Source: a virus (lineage: Duplodnaviria > Heunggongvirae > Uroviricota > Caudoviricetes). Taken from it: a stretch of DNA of 64,000 nucleotides. Shown here piece by piece: positions 35,826 through 44,362 of this stretch. A program made the position numbers and the translations under genes. How positions within the stretch are numbered: position 1 is the first letter of the stretch; every line of letters begins with the position of its first letter. The stretch covers positions 13,280 through 77,279 of the IMG/VR virus record IMGVR_UViG_3300033142_000627; one strand, written 5' to 3'. Under the pieces are notes generated by a model. That model searched no databases. It was not told where the DNA came from and was given only the letters and a program-made list of their open reading frames with translations.

Positions 35826-36913
35826 TTAACATCTTTAAAAATAAACTCACGGTTCTTAAACACGAAAGTCTTGTAGTTAACATCTTTGCCTAACCACTTC
35901 TGCATCACCAAGGAGAACACATCAGACATATCCTTTTGACCTTTGATAGCAAAGTCCTTACGTTCAAGTTCTTTGTTGTTCTCTACGAACTCTTCCACTC
36001 TAGCAACAATATGATTGTACTTGTGGAATACCATTTCTTCAAAGTCGTCAATGATCTTGATAGTCAATGGGTCATCATGGAACAATGAACGTAGGTCATC
36101 AGAACCTTCCTCAAGAACACAACCAAGAAGTCTCTTTGGATGATTCACATCGTCCTTAGCATGATGCAACTCAACGTAACGGTCAGTCTTGCACTTCACC
36201 TTGTGTTGTGACACAGGATGTTGGAATACAAAACCTTCGATAACAGTACCATCTTCGCCTTTCATAGCGGCAACATCTTCCATCTTGATATCTGTTTCGT
36301 ATTTTACCCAATACTTTTTTAGACTAGGAGATGGATCTCTCAAATATTTCGCCGGCATGTAATCGCCATATTTTCGATTACGCACATTCAAGATAACAAG
36401 TTTTGTTTCTGGATAAAGAATGACGATACGGTTATTAGGAGATACAATCTCCATATTAATGGTGTAACCTTCTTCTTCAATCTCTAATAAGATAGCTTTG
36501 AATTTTGGTTGTGTGTTTAACCAAATCTCAGCAAGATGTACTTGGTCAGAGTGTAGAGAACCTTTAGTCTTCAATCGAAGATTTCCTTTAACGTCAAGAT
36601 AGGTAGAGATAAGAGAGCCATCCTCTTTAACCATAATCTCGGTGTATTCGTCCCAGTTAGTCTCTTCATGTTCAGGCCATTGATTGCACTCACCATGATT
36701 CCAAAACTTTTCCATCGGGCGAGATACAATCTCTCCGTCACGGAACATAATACCACGCGCCTCTATTGCGCCTGGTTCTTGGAAGTCGGTGTATGATGCA
36801 AGACGATACAAAAAGATTTCGTATGTCGAACCATCATCACCAGATTGGGTGGACTTGTAGAACGCCTCGTTGTTTTCAACAAGGTCGTTTAAATTTTCGT
36901 ATAACGTTTTCAT
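35810..36913 (-). CDS. rnlA: RNA ligase 1 (T4 gp63 / Rnl1-like)
   Basis: VSRPMEKFWNHG and KEDGSLISTYLDVKG match T4 Rnl1 ASRPMEKFFNL and KEDGSLVSTYLDG. Confidence 0.85.
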   Translation of the reverse strand: MKTLYENLNDLVENNEAFYKSTQSGDDGSTYEIFLYRLASYTDFQEPGAIEARGIMFRDGEIVSRPMEKFWNHGECNQWPEHEETNWDEYTEIMVKEDGSLISTYLDVKGNLRLKTKGSLHSDQVHLAEIWLNTQPKFKAILLEIEEEGYTINMEIVSPNNRIVILYPETKLVILNVRNRKYGDYMPAKYLRDPSPSLKKYWVKYETDIKMEDVAAMKGEDGTVIEGFVFQHPVSQHKVKCKTDRYVELHHAKDDVNHPKRLLGCVLEEGSDDLRSLFHDDPLTIKIIDDFEEMVFHKYNHIVARVEEFVENNKELERKDFAIKGQKDMSDVFSLVMQKWLGKDVNYKTFVFKNREFIFKDVNWRVQ

Positions 36914-37082
36914 AGGTCCCTCTCAAGTACCTCTAATCTCTTCTCTACTAACCAGAACGAATCCCAGTCAAGCAATTTTGCCTTCTGTGCCAGAACTATA
37001 TAGTTCAATGCTACATCACATTGTTCTTTTGTGATACAACTATCAACAACAGCAAGACATCTAATATATACCGATTGAGTCA

Positions 37083-37322
37083 TTATTCTAATACCACCGG
37101 GAATTTTTTATGAGTCAACATATACATAGGATAACTGATATGTTCAAGTTTCATAACAATATCATTATCATCATAACCAAGATTTTCCATCATGGCATAC
37201 AGGTCGATTCGTGCCTTCTCAAGGTCTTTCAACAATCGAACAGGTACACAAACCTCTGTATTCCCATCCGTTCCATCAGTATAATCTTCTACGCCATTAA
37301 GTGTTTTTGATACGTAGCTCAT
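37083..37322 (-). CDS. Hypothetical acidic protein (79 aa)
   Basis: Packed ORF. Confidence 0.4.
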   Translation of the reverse strand: MSYVSKTLNGVEDYTDGTDGNTEVCVPVRLLKDLEKARIDLYAMMENLGYDDNDIVMKLEHISYPMYMLTHKKFPVVLE

Positions 37323-37591
37323 CGTGTGACTCGGATGCTGGTGCTGGTCATCATTGCAATACCCAGCCAGAAACCGAAGTCATACCAACCGCCATTGTTA
37401 TAGATTGCGTAGACCGCGATTGAATCCCAGAACAGTGAACCGAACCAAGCGAATCCAAATGTGACTCCGTGCCATAGTCCATACCAGAATCCTACAGGTT
37501 CCATTGTTGCAGCGCCAGCGAATGTTACGGTGTCTGCACAACCTGTCATTAGTAATAGTGCGCCCACTAGGGCAAGAATTTTGAATTTCAT
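37319..37591 (-). CDS. Membrane protein (90 aa, signal peptide and Trp/Gly-rich TM segments)
   Basis: Hydrophobic profile. First gene after cassette 10. Confidence 0.45.
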   Translation of the reverse strand: MKFKILALVGALLLMTGCADTVTFAGAATMEPVGFWYGLWHGVTFGFAWFGSLFWDSIAVYAIYNNGGWYDFGFWLGIAMMTSTSIRVTR

Positions 37592-37621
37592 AATCTCTCT
37601 CTGTTTATTAGTCGATATACA

Positions 37622-37695
37622 CCATTATACAGGTATCATTGGGAGAGTCAAGAGTTTACGTAAGTGGTTGATTTTGCATAGTATTTCTATGCAAA
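37622..37695 (-). promoter_or_regulatory. PeSL-like cassette 10 (TTGACT-16-TATAAT plus a 9-bp stem-loop TTTGCATAG/CTATGCAAA)
   Basis: -10 at 37624-37629, -35 at 37646-37651, hairpin at 37673-37695 that contains the stop codon of the upstream gene. Confidence 0.6.
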
Positions 37696-38487
37696 CAAGT
37701 CTTCCAGTGAACCTTCTTTTGTCTGATTTATGTTCTTGAGGTTGTATTTTGCGTCTTCAAACGTGAACGGCGGTTGGTCAATCTGAATCTTAGGTCGTTC
37801 TGTCTTGTCGAACCATGCTAGATCCTTCTCTTTAGGATAGTTCAATCCCCAAGTCATAGTAGAACCACGTTTCATCAGCTTCTTCGCCTTCTTATTCAGA
37901 GGCCAAATATATCTGAACATATAACCCTCAATGAACTTGATGTTTTTGGACTTCATAAAGGGTCTGGTCATCCAGAACAACTTCTCTTTGCCTTCAAAGA
38001 TAGCGTTCTCTTTGAGTAATCCCTTTGTGCTTCTTGGATGCAACTTCTCGCCATTCTCCATCATATAGACTTGAGTGAGATATTTTTCACCAAAGTAGGC
38101 ATTAGAGGCCTGATAGACATAACCTACCTTGCCCATGATTCCATCCGCCATGGTGTATAGGAATAACTTCTCTGGATATTCTTTCTTCAACCACTTGATG
38201 GTCTGAGAGACCATCTGCGATTCACTATTGCGCGGCATATCATCATCCATGCACATCTTGCCGATTTCAAAATAAGATTCTGTGCCCAATCCGGGAAACA
38301 TCTTATTGATAGTCTGTCGTGGTTGAGTTCCCCATCCTAAGGTAAGGACACCAACAAGTTCATCTTCAAGATAGAAACCAAGAAAATGTTTTGTGATTGA
38401 GGGGAATACAGGAGAATAGTGGTACTTCTGCACAAACTCCATGGCCTTCCATTTAGGAAGGTCACGAATTAAGAAGTTATACTTCAC
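37687..38487 (-). CDS. Hypothetical protein (266 aa)
   Basis: Long ORF. No confident motif. Confidence 0.5.
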   Translation of the reverse strand: MKYNFLIRDLPKWKAMEFVQKYHYSPVFPSITKHFLGFYLEDELVGVLTLGWGTQPRQTINKMFPGLGTESYFEIGKMCMDDDMPRNSESQMVSQTIKWLKKEYPEKLFLYTMADGIMGKVGYVYQASNAYFGEKYLTQVYMMENGEKLHPRSTKGLLKENAIFEGKEKLFWMTRPFMKSKNIKFIEGYMFRYIWPLNKKAKKLMKRGSTMTWGLNYPKEKDLAWFDKTERPKIQIDQPPFTFEDAKYNLKNINQTKEGSLEDLFA

Positions 38488-38768
38488 TCTTTATTCGCGA
38501 ACTCTTCGTATGCTTTGATGAAACGTGGGTCATTTCCGTCTGCCATTTCATATGAAATGATGTTATCATTCAACATCGAACGGAATCCATCTGCGACCAA
38601 GTCATACGCGACTGTTACATCTGGGTTTGGTTTTCTGTCTGTGCCTTCTTTCTTCTCAGGCAGCAAGTCAGAGTTTAGTGTACAGAACATTTCACGTTCA
38701 TCGCCGTTCTTCTTAACGAATACGGCACGCACTGGTCCTTCGACCAACATCTCTTTCAATGATTTCAT
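38484..38768 (-). CDS. Hypothetical protein (94 aa)
   Basis: Packed ORF. Confidence 0.45.
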   Translation of the reverse strand: MKSLKEMLVEGPVRAVFVKKNGDEREMFCTLNSDLLPEKKEGTDRKPNPDVTVAYDLVADGFRSMLNDNIISYEMADGNDPRFIKAYEEFANKE

Positions 38769-38844
38769 AATCTTTCTCCAAGTTCATAATATAATGTATT
38801 TCATCAACGACCATTATCACATATCATGGCACTTTTGTCAAGAC

Positions 38845-38872
38845 AATAAAAAAGGGACCGAAGTCCCTTTCT
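38845..38872. terminator. Rho-independent terminator (GGGAC-CGAA-GTCCC with A and T flanks)
   Basis: aaaaaagggaccgaagtccctttct. Same hairpin family as the terminator at 764-790. Confidence 0.75.
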
Positions 38873-38890
38873 AAGTTATTGATTTACTTA

Positions 38891-39358
38891 TTAAAAATAA
38901 GCTTTATCGATTGCTGCGTAGTCATTGAACTTCATTGCCTCAGCAATATCTGCATCATCAACAGTCCTATTAGACATTTGGCTAGCAAGTCGCGCATACT
39001 TGGCACCTTTAAGACGCATTTTCTTAATCTTGTTCATTCTCGATGGAACACCTTTTTGAACAACCGCTGGAGCAGGTTCTTCTGTCTTTTCATTTGGAGC
39101 GCCGGTTTCGGTGGTTGTATCCTCGGTGATGTCTTCTTCCGTTTTAACCTCTTCGTCAACAGGTGTTGCAACTTCCGGTCCATCTGTTAAATCAGTATCT
39201 TCTGTTATTGGGTCTTCATCTTGAGTTTCTTCTACAGCAGTCTCTTCAACTACTGGAGTTTCTTCTACAACAGTCTCTTCAACCACTGGAGTCTCTACAA
39301 CTTCTTTCTTAACGGCAGCCTTAGTTGCCGATTTCTTTGTGCTTTTTCTTGCTGCCAT
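38891..39358 (-). CDS. Lys-rich N-terminus / acidic-repeat protein (155 aa), possibly histone-like or an internal protein
   Basis: KKSATKAAVKK N-terminus followed by repeats of the form PVVEETVVEET. Confidence 0.5.
   Translation of the reverse strand: MAARKSTKKSATKAAVKKEVVETPVVEETVVEETPVVEETAVEETQDEDPITEDTDLTDGPEVATPVDEEVKTEEDITEDTTTETGAPNEKTEEPAPAVVQKGVPSRMNKIKKMRLKGAKYARLASQMSNRTVDDADIAEAMKFNDYAAIDKAYF
39223..39304. repeat. 33-bp tandem repeat (about 2.5 copies) encoding the 11-aa unit PVVEET(V/A)VEET
   Basis: Adjacent near-identical 33-nt units inside ORF 38891-39358. Confidence 0.6.
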
Positions 39359-39359
39359 T

Positions 39360-39608
39360 TTACTTTCCTATATGTGTTTTAATTTCAGTCTCAAAATAGT
39401 TGTTGACGAACTCTACGTTTGTCTTTCCTATCTTGCCGATTAATCTATTTATGTCGCCAGTATATTTATATATAGCGGACATACGTTGGATATACTTAGG
39501 TAGAGAGTATCTTAATTCTTCTGCCTGCTTTACCAATTTGTGTACTTCTACAAGATGTGCATCAGGTAGAGACTCTACTTTGGTACTTCTTTTCTTTCTT
39601 GCAACCAT
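39360..39608 (-). CDS. Hypothetical basic protein (82 aa)
   Basis: Packed ORF. Confidence 0.4.
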   Translation of the reverse strand: MVARKKRSTKVESLPDAHLVEVHKLVKQAEELRYSLPKYIQRMSAIYKYTGDINRLIGKIGKTNVEFVNNYFETEIKTHIGK

Positions 39609-39609
39609 T

Positions 39610-40038
39610 TTAATCTACCAACTCAAAGTGTATGCCATCGAAGAATCCATTGCGGTCAAATGCAAACTTCGCGTCTGCCTCTGTGGACCAATTTCCTCCC
39701 CAACGCAACAAGTGACTAATCTTGCCATCAACGTACAATTGGTGTGCCACAGCCATAACGATGCCCGCGAAATACAATACATTCTCCATATCATATGGGT
39801 CGTCACCTTTCTTGTATGGCGCAATGTCTATTCCCATTGAAGGAAGAGTATTGTGTGTGCCGTCTGGAAACTTAACCTGTGAAGTGCCGTTTGAATAGTA
39901 CTCATTCTGTTTCTGTTCACCACGGTGTCCTTCTAATACAGAACAGTCGTGAATTTCTAATACCGTATTTGCGATTAGTTGGATGTCTGAGTGACAAGTA
40001 TCCAGTTTTGCTTGTGATTTAGATGACCATTTTGCCAT
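39610..40038 (-). CDS. L-alanyl-D-glutamate peptidase endolysin (peptidase M15 / VanY fold, T5-lysin-like)
   Basis: GHRGEQ, GIDIAPY and GGNW...DGIHFELV match T5 endolysin GIRTVAQ, AIDFAPY and GADW...DGGHVELV. Confidence 0.75.
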   Translation of the reverse strand: MAKWSSKSQAKLDTCHSDIQLIANTVLEIHDCSVLEGHRGEQKQNEYYSNGTSQVKFPDGTHNTLPSMGIDIAPYKKGDDPYDMENVLYFAGIVMAVAHQLYVDGKISHLLRWGGNWSTEADAKFAFDRNGFFDGIHFELVD

Positions 40039-40067
40039 AATATTTGCCTCTTTGCTTAATCGGTCTA

Positions 40068-40628
40068 TTATTTATCTTGGTTGTATTGTTCAAAACCAAG
40101 TTTGCATATCCAGTATGCATCAACATAGTCGGAGATAGGGTTGCCGTGGGCAATCATACCAAACCTCTCGGAGATGTTGTCCTTTGTGTCCTCAACGAAC
40201 GACTCATACATCTTGTCTTTCTTTGAGTTTCCCTTACCTGTAGCATATTTCTTAATGACTGTAGGTGGGATTGCCTCAAGAGAGTAGTAATCTTTCCATA
40301 TGAGATGTTTTATTAGTCCAGCGTTCTCAGCAATGTGAAACACTTTTCCTGTTGAACCAAACGAATAGTCCTCTATGAACACCTTGTCTGGTTGCACGTC
40401 CTTGATTACATCCATAAAATACACAGCAAGATTATAGAACCTTTCTTGTGCCACTGTCCAATCAGGTATGGTTGACATATTGAACTTGCCTGTCGGGTCT
40501 TGTAGTGGTCGTTTCTTTGTACTGTAACAATAGAATTTACAATTGTCGTATGACCATTCATCGCCATCATGTACACACATCGCTGGTGATGACATACTAT
40601 AATCTATACCAGCTATAATCAAATCCAA
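40068..40628 (-). CDS. Possible RuvC-like Holliday-junction resolvase / RNase H-fold nuclease
   Basis: N-terminus LIIAGIDYSMSSPAMCV resembles RuvC IxGIDPG. VFIEDYSF supplies an acidic residue; the C-terminus SDYVDAYWICKLG resembles the RuvC DxxDAxAIA tail. Confidence 0.4.
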   Translation of the reverse strand: MDLIIAGIDYSMSSPAMCVHDGDEWSYDNCKFYCYSTKKRPLQDPTGKFNMSTIPDWTVAQERFYNLAVYFMDVIKDVQPDKVFIEDYSFGSTGKVFHIAENAGLIKHLIWKDYYSLEAIPPTVIKKYATGKGNSKKDKMYESFVEDTKDNISERFGMIAHGNPISDYVDAYWICKLGFEQYNQDK

Positions 40629-40819
40629 TTCTCCAACTTTCTATCCTTGTCATAGTTACCTGTACCAACAACAATCCAGTTATTATATCCTTCTTCGCCA
40701 CAGACAGGACAATCATATCTAGCGACATCATCCATATTATATTCTCTTGAACTCATGTATAGTTTATGATTACACTTTCTACACAAGAAAATGTTATCAA
40801 CATTTGTTAAAATACTCAA
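40619..40819 (-). CDS. Small zinc-ribbon protein (66 aa)
   Basis: CRKCN...CPVCG motif. Confidence 0.4.
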   Translation of the reverse strand: MSILTNVDNIFLCRKCNHKLYMSSREYNMDDVARYDCPVCGEEGYNNWIVVGTGNYDKDRKLENWI

Positions 40820-41055
40820 CTAAACGCCGGTACCTTCTTTAAAAGATGATCCATAACCACCAGGCATTTTCATTGTTTCTGTACTACTCATCTTCGTCTT
40901 CTCCTACATCAGGTAATTCTTGACCTTGTACTTCGATAGACTCACTACCACAAAAGGAACAGGTTGTTACCGTATATTGTGTGGTGTCCATCTCTGTGAC
41001 TATCTCATACGAAGCATCACAGTCCAAACAGACCACCTCTAAACTATTCTCCACG

Positions 41056-41487
41056 TTATTCTCCGTTATCTAATTTGGTGTACTTATCCACAATAATGCC
41101 TTGGGATTTAAGAAATTCTTCATCGGTCTGCGATTCAATATGTTCATAAACGATTCTGATAATGCCTGATTGTACAATCATCTTAGAACATTCGATATTC
41201 GGATAGTTGGTAGTGTATAATGTTGAACCATCAGATGATTCGCCGGTCATGGCCAATCGCAGAATAGCATTGGTAGTAGAGTGTATAACGGTGTCCTTTA
41301 GATTGCCGCGTTCGTCTTCACAATCGTTTACCATACCTTTCGGTTGGCCATTGTATCCCGCAGCAACAATGTTTCTGTCTCTAACAATTACAGAACCATG
41401 TTTGTACTCCTCACAATAAGACATTTCTGCGAATCTCTCAGCAATGTCCATAAAGAGGTCGTCATATCGTTGTCTAGTTTCCATCAT
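41056..41487 (-). CDS. dCMP deaminase-like protein with a degenerate active site
   Basis: VIVRDRNIVAAGYNGQPKG aligns to dCMP deaminase. The HAE motif reads HST and PCxxC reads PNIEC; both were re-translated from the DNA by hand. Confidence 0.65.
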   Translation of the reverse strand: MMETRQRYDDLFMDIAERFAEMSYCEEYKHGSVIVRDRNIVAAGYNGQPKGMVNDCEDERGNLKDTVIHSTTNAILRLAMTGESSDGSTLYTTNYPNIECSKMIVQSGIIRIVYEHIESQTDEEFLKSQGIIVDKYTKLDNGE

Positions 41488-41975
41488 TTACTCCACGAAA
41501 GATCAAGGTCTTCCATATATTCTTTTCTTAGTTGTATAAAGGCAGCGAATCTAGGCAGTGTTGTGATATCAAAGTCACCAACGTTATATGATAACGTCAC
41601 ATGAGGTTTATATTCATCAAAGTCATAGGTTGCGCCATGAGCATCCATCAGTTCTTGGTGTCTGTCAGTCATCCATTGTGACTCAACCTCCATCACCAGT
41701 GCGTTCTCCCCGTCTTTATTAGGCCACACATCAAATCCCTTGAAGACTGCTTGTTCTTCGATAGGACCTAAAGGGACGTAATTTTGGAGATGTTTTCTTG
41801 AGAACAACAATGTAGAATGAAAGTCATCAACACCCATAGTAGATGGAATCTTGTGTGTCTTAATGAACCATATCAAATCCTTTATAGTATCCCATGAGAA
41901 TCTAATACCTGCGTATGTTCCTTTCTGTTCCTCTGTGAGGAATTCCTTTACTGTCTTCATATTTACTAGTACCAA
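41484..41975 (-). CDS. 2H phosphoesterase (LigT / cyclic phosphodiesterase-like; candidate Acb1-like)
   Basis: Two H-x-T-x motifs, HSTLLF and HVTLSY, spaced about 70 aa apart in a 163-aa protein. Confidence 0.6.
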   Translation of the reverse strand: MVLVNMKTVKEFLTEEQKGTYAGIRFSWDTIKDLIWFIKTHKIPSTMGVDDFHSTLLFSRKHLQNYVPLGPIEEQAVFKGFDVWPNKDGENALVMEVESQWMTDRHQELMDAHGATYDFDEYKPHVTLSYNVGDFDITTLPRFAAFIQLRKEYMEDLDLSWSK

Positions 41976-42301
41976 ATTCTATGTTCTTCGTGGACACTTT
42001 CTTGACCACATTCGTTTTCAAATATGTACCAGTCTATATCGTCCGGCACCTCTACAATCTTTAGCTCACACCTTCTACTTATGTTATCTATACCAAGTTC
42101 GTCAACAACTCGCATTAGGTCTGAGTCGTTCCGCTTAATGTAACATAATGAATAATAATCAAACGGAGATCCATCAGACATAATATCATTGATAACGGCC
42201 ATTTCTTCAATCGCAGCTGGATTACCTAGTTCGATGAGTCTATCAAAGGCTTCTTTGGTTACACCGAACCCTCCAATAGATGTGTTAATCAATACTCTCA
42301 T
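41966..42301 (-). CDS. Hypothetical protein (111 aa)
   Basis: Packed ORF. Confidence 0.45.
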   Translation of the reverse strand: MRVLINTSIGGFGVTKEAFDRLIELGNPAAIEEMAVINDIMSDGSPFDYYSLCYIKRNDSDLMRVVDELGIDNISRRCELKIVEVPDDIDWYIFENECGQESVHEEHRIWY

Positions 42302-42621
42302 TGTTCTGTGTTTATCTCCATCATAGCGTCAAGTACATCGTGTGGTATATTGCTCCACTCTTTCAATTTGGTTAGTTTATTGTTTATTCCTCTGAAAAGT
42401 TTATCCTCATCCAGTTCATAAATGCCAGAGATAATGACCATCATTGCCATCAAATCAGCCATTTCCTTTCCTAAATTTTCTCTATTGGTCACTTTATCAG
42501 CAGGATTAGTGTCATCTATACCAAATCGTTTAATCTTGGATGCAACTTGAATCACCTCAGCACACTCCTCTTGGAGTATATCAAGTGCTTCATTTATTTC
42601 TTTATCTTTTAATGTTCTCAT
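42298..42621 (-). CDS. MazG-like / all-alpha NTP pyrophosphohydrolase (second copy)
   Basis: EECAEVIQVASKIKRFG helix and an acidic helical composition. Confidence 0.45.
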   Translation of the reverse strand: MRTLKDKEINEALDILQEECAEVIQVASKIKRFGIDDTNPADKVTNRENLGKEMADLMAMMVIISGIYELDEDKLFRGINNKLTKLKEWSNIPHDVLDAMMEINTEQ

Positions 42622-42848
42622 CGTATCTGTCCTGTGCTTAGGTTTATTTCAACCGGTGCATGTTTCCTTTCATATTCAAGAGCCTTTCTAATCTCATCAC
42701 CAAGTCGTTTGTATCTGGCAACCTTCTCTTCATAGGTTTCGTTGACATAGAAATCTTCAAGTTTCTTGACCAGTTTTTCTTGTTCTGGGTTTAACATAAT
42801 ATCACCATTGATGAGCAGCATTGGCAACAATTGCCACAATGGCAACAA
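42618..42848 (-). CDS. Hypothetical protein (76 aa)
   Basis: Packed ORF. Confidence 0.4.
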   Translation of the reverse strand: MLPLWQLLPMLLINGDIMLNPEQEKLVKKLEDFYVNETYEEKVARYKRLGDEIRKALEYERKHAPVEINLSTGQIR

Positions 42849-42947
42849 GTTCCAATCCCATCCATATTAATCTAATGTAACAACAGGTATCCGCTGTCTT
42901 CTTATCATCGGCACACTTAGGCGCCAGAGACTTACAGATTAGTCGTT

Positions 42948-43349
42948 TCAATGTTTGTTCTTAGGAAGATTCTCCATCTTCTCGTCCCACGCATCATCAA
43001 GTTTCATATCTCTAACGATAGGATATTGTGGCTGTAGATTATCCTTATAACAAATCCACTTGATAGAACCCCATTTCTTCGACGCTCTTGTGAGTTTATA
43101 TAGGTCGAACATCTCATCAAGGTCAGCACAATCAAAATTGGAATATCCCCACGCGAACACATCACTGGTGTTAACATATAAGGCGGTCGTGACAATACCA
43201 GTTTCATCATCTTTAACCGCATGAGGAACAAGATGTTCCTCGATAAGGAGAATCGCCAGCATCATGTTCTCGTCCGGTTCTTCTACTCCCTTATATTCGA
43301 ACATTACCTCATCTTCGTCTACACAATGTTTCACTCTACAATCTCCCAC
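42948..43349 (-). CDS. Hypothetical acidic protein (133 aa)
   Basis: Packed ORF. Confidence 0.45.
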   Translation of the reverse strand: MGDCRVKHCVDEDEVMFEYKGVEEPDENMMLAILLIEEHLVPHAVKDDETGIVTTALYVNTSDVFAWGYSNFDCADLDEMFDLYKLTRASKKWGSIKWICYKDNLQPQYPIVRDMKLDDAWDEKMENLPKNKH

Positions 43350-43603
43350 TCATCCCAAAGCATATCAAGTTGCGATGGTGTCCAAGGCACAATAGAACCA
43401 TCAGCAGTACGCATATCGATATGACCGTTGTATGTAATCTCAGTATCAGCAGGATAGATGCCCAATAGAGGTGCTCTATTTACCTTAAAAGTGGAACCAT
43501 CGACAAGGAAGACAAACATTCCAGTTCCGTTCCACGCTCGACTGGTTACTTTCTTGCCGGCTTTAATCTGTTTAATCGCCCATGCAAAATCTTTAAATTC
43601 CAT
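43331..43603 (-). CDS. DUF2829-like protein (Tad2-like candidate), 90 aa from the MEFKDF start
   Basis: MEFKDFAWAIKQIKAGKKVTSRAWNGTGMFVFL matches the DUF2829 N-terminal signature. The ATG at 43603 is TAATG-coupled to the upstream stop. Confidence 0.55.
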   Translation of the reverse strand: MEFKDFAWAIKQIKAGKKVTSRAWNGTGMFVFLVDGSTFKVNRAPLLGIYPADTEITYNGHIDMRTADGSIVPWTPSQLDMLWDEWEIVE

Positions 43604-44022
43604 TATTTTCTCCTGTTCCAAATATCTTTGGCTTCTTGTTCTGTGTAATAACTTCCTGTATGCACACAACCTCTTGTACAGGCAACATAATATTCCATAT
43701 CGCCTCCGTTCATCGTGGTCTTTATTGCGCCTTTAGCACCACACATAGGACACGATTCGAGTTCCTTTGGTATCCAACCGGCAATCCTACCACATCCTTC
43801 ACAAGGATGTGTCACATGACTTAAACATCCCGGATGACCACAAGGAAGACCGTCTCTTAATTCCTGATCACCATAGGCACAATCTGCACAATGACCAGCA
43901 CGTTTATCGCCAACAAAATAATCTCCACATTGCAGACACTTGTTTGAATAACCTCCAGGCGCCCACCAACCTCTAGCAGGTCGGCGGTCTTCTTTCATAT
44001 TGTCCCAATCTTCTTTATTCAT
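43603..44022 (-). CDS. Cys-rich zinc-binding protein with a Lar-like (restriction alleviation) C-terminus
   Basis: Multiple CxxC pairs. The C-terminus YYVACTRGCVHTGSYYTEQEAKDIWNRR resembles the Lar family ending ...EA...WN.R. Confidence 0.35.
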   Translation of the reverse strand: MNKEDWDNMKEDRRPARGWWAPGGYSNKCLQCGDYFVGDKRAGHCADCAYGDQELRDGLPCGHPGCLSHVTHPCEGCGRIAGWIPKELESCPMCGAKGAIKTTMNGGDMEYYVACTRGCVHTGSYYTEQEAKDIWNRRK

Positions 44023-44178
44023 AATTAATATCCATCATCAAAATCGATTTGTTCTAAAAGAAAGTGAGAATAGTCTACTAGACCTTTTATCTTCTCTTCT
44101 TCCTCTTTAGGAACAGTTATATAACCATACTCCAACAAAACGGTCAATGTGTCCATCATATCTTGAATCTTTTCATTA

Positions 44179-44355
44179 TCAAGATTCAAGACTCTTCTCC
44201 ATTATCTTTCCTGCAGCCTCAAGTTGTTCTTTAATCTTACCACATAGTATCAACTCATTAGAATCAAGAGCGATGTTTCCATGCTTAAGAATCTCTATAC
44301 GAGAATGACAATGTTTTCTATTAAGAGAACAAGTACATTCTCTCTTAATCTTCAT
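44179..44355 (-). CDS. Hypothetical Cys-rich protein (start revised to MKIKRE)
   Basis: The listed start overlaps the upstream ORF by 62 nt. Confidence 0.35.
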   Translation of the reverse strand: MKIKRECTCSLNRKHCHSRIEILKHGNIALDSNELILCGKIKEQLEAAGKIMEKSLES

Positions 44356-44362
44356 TGCGCCA

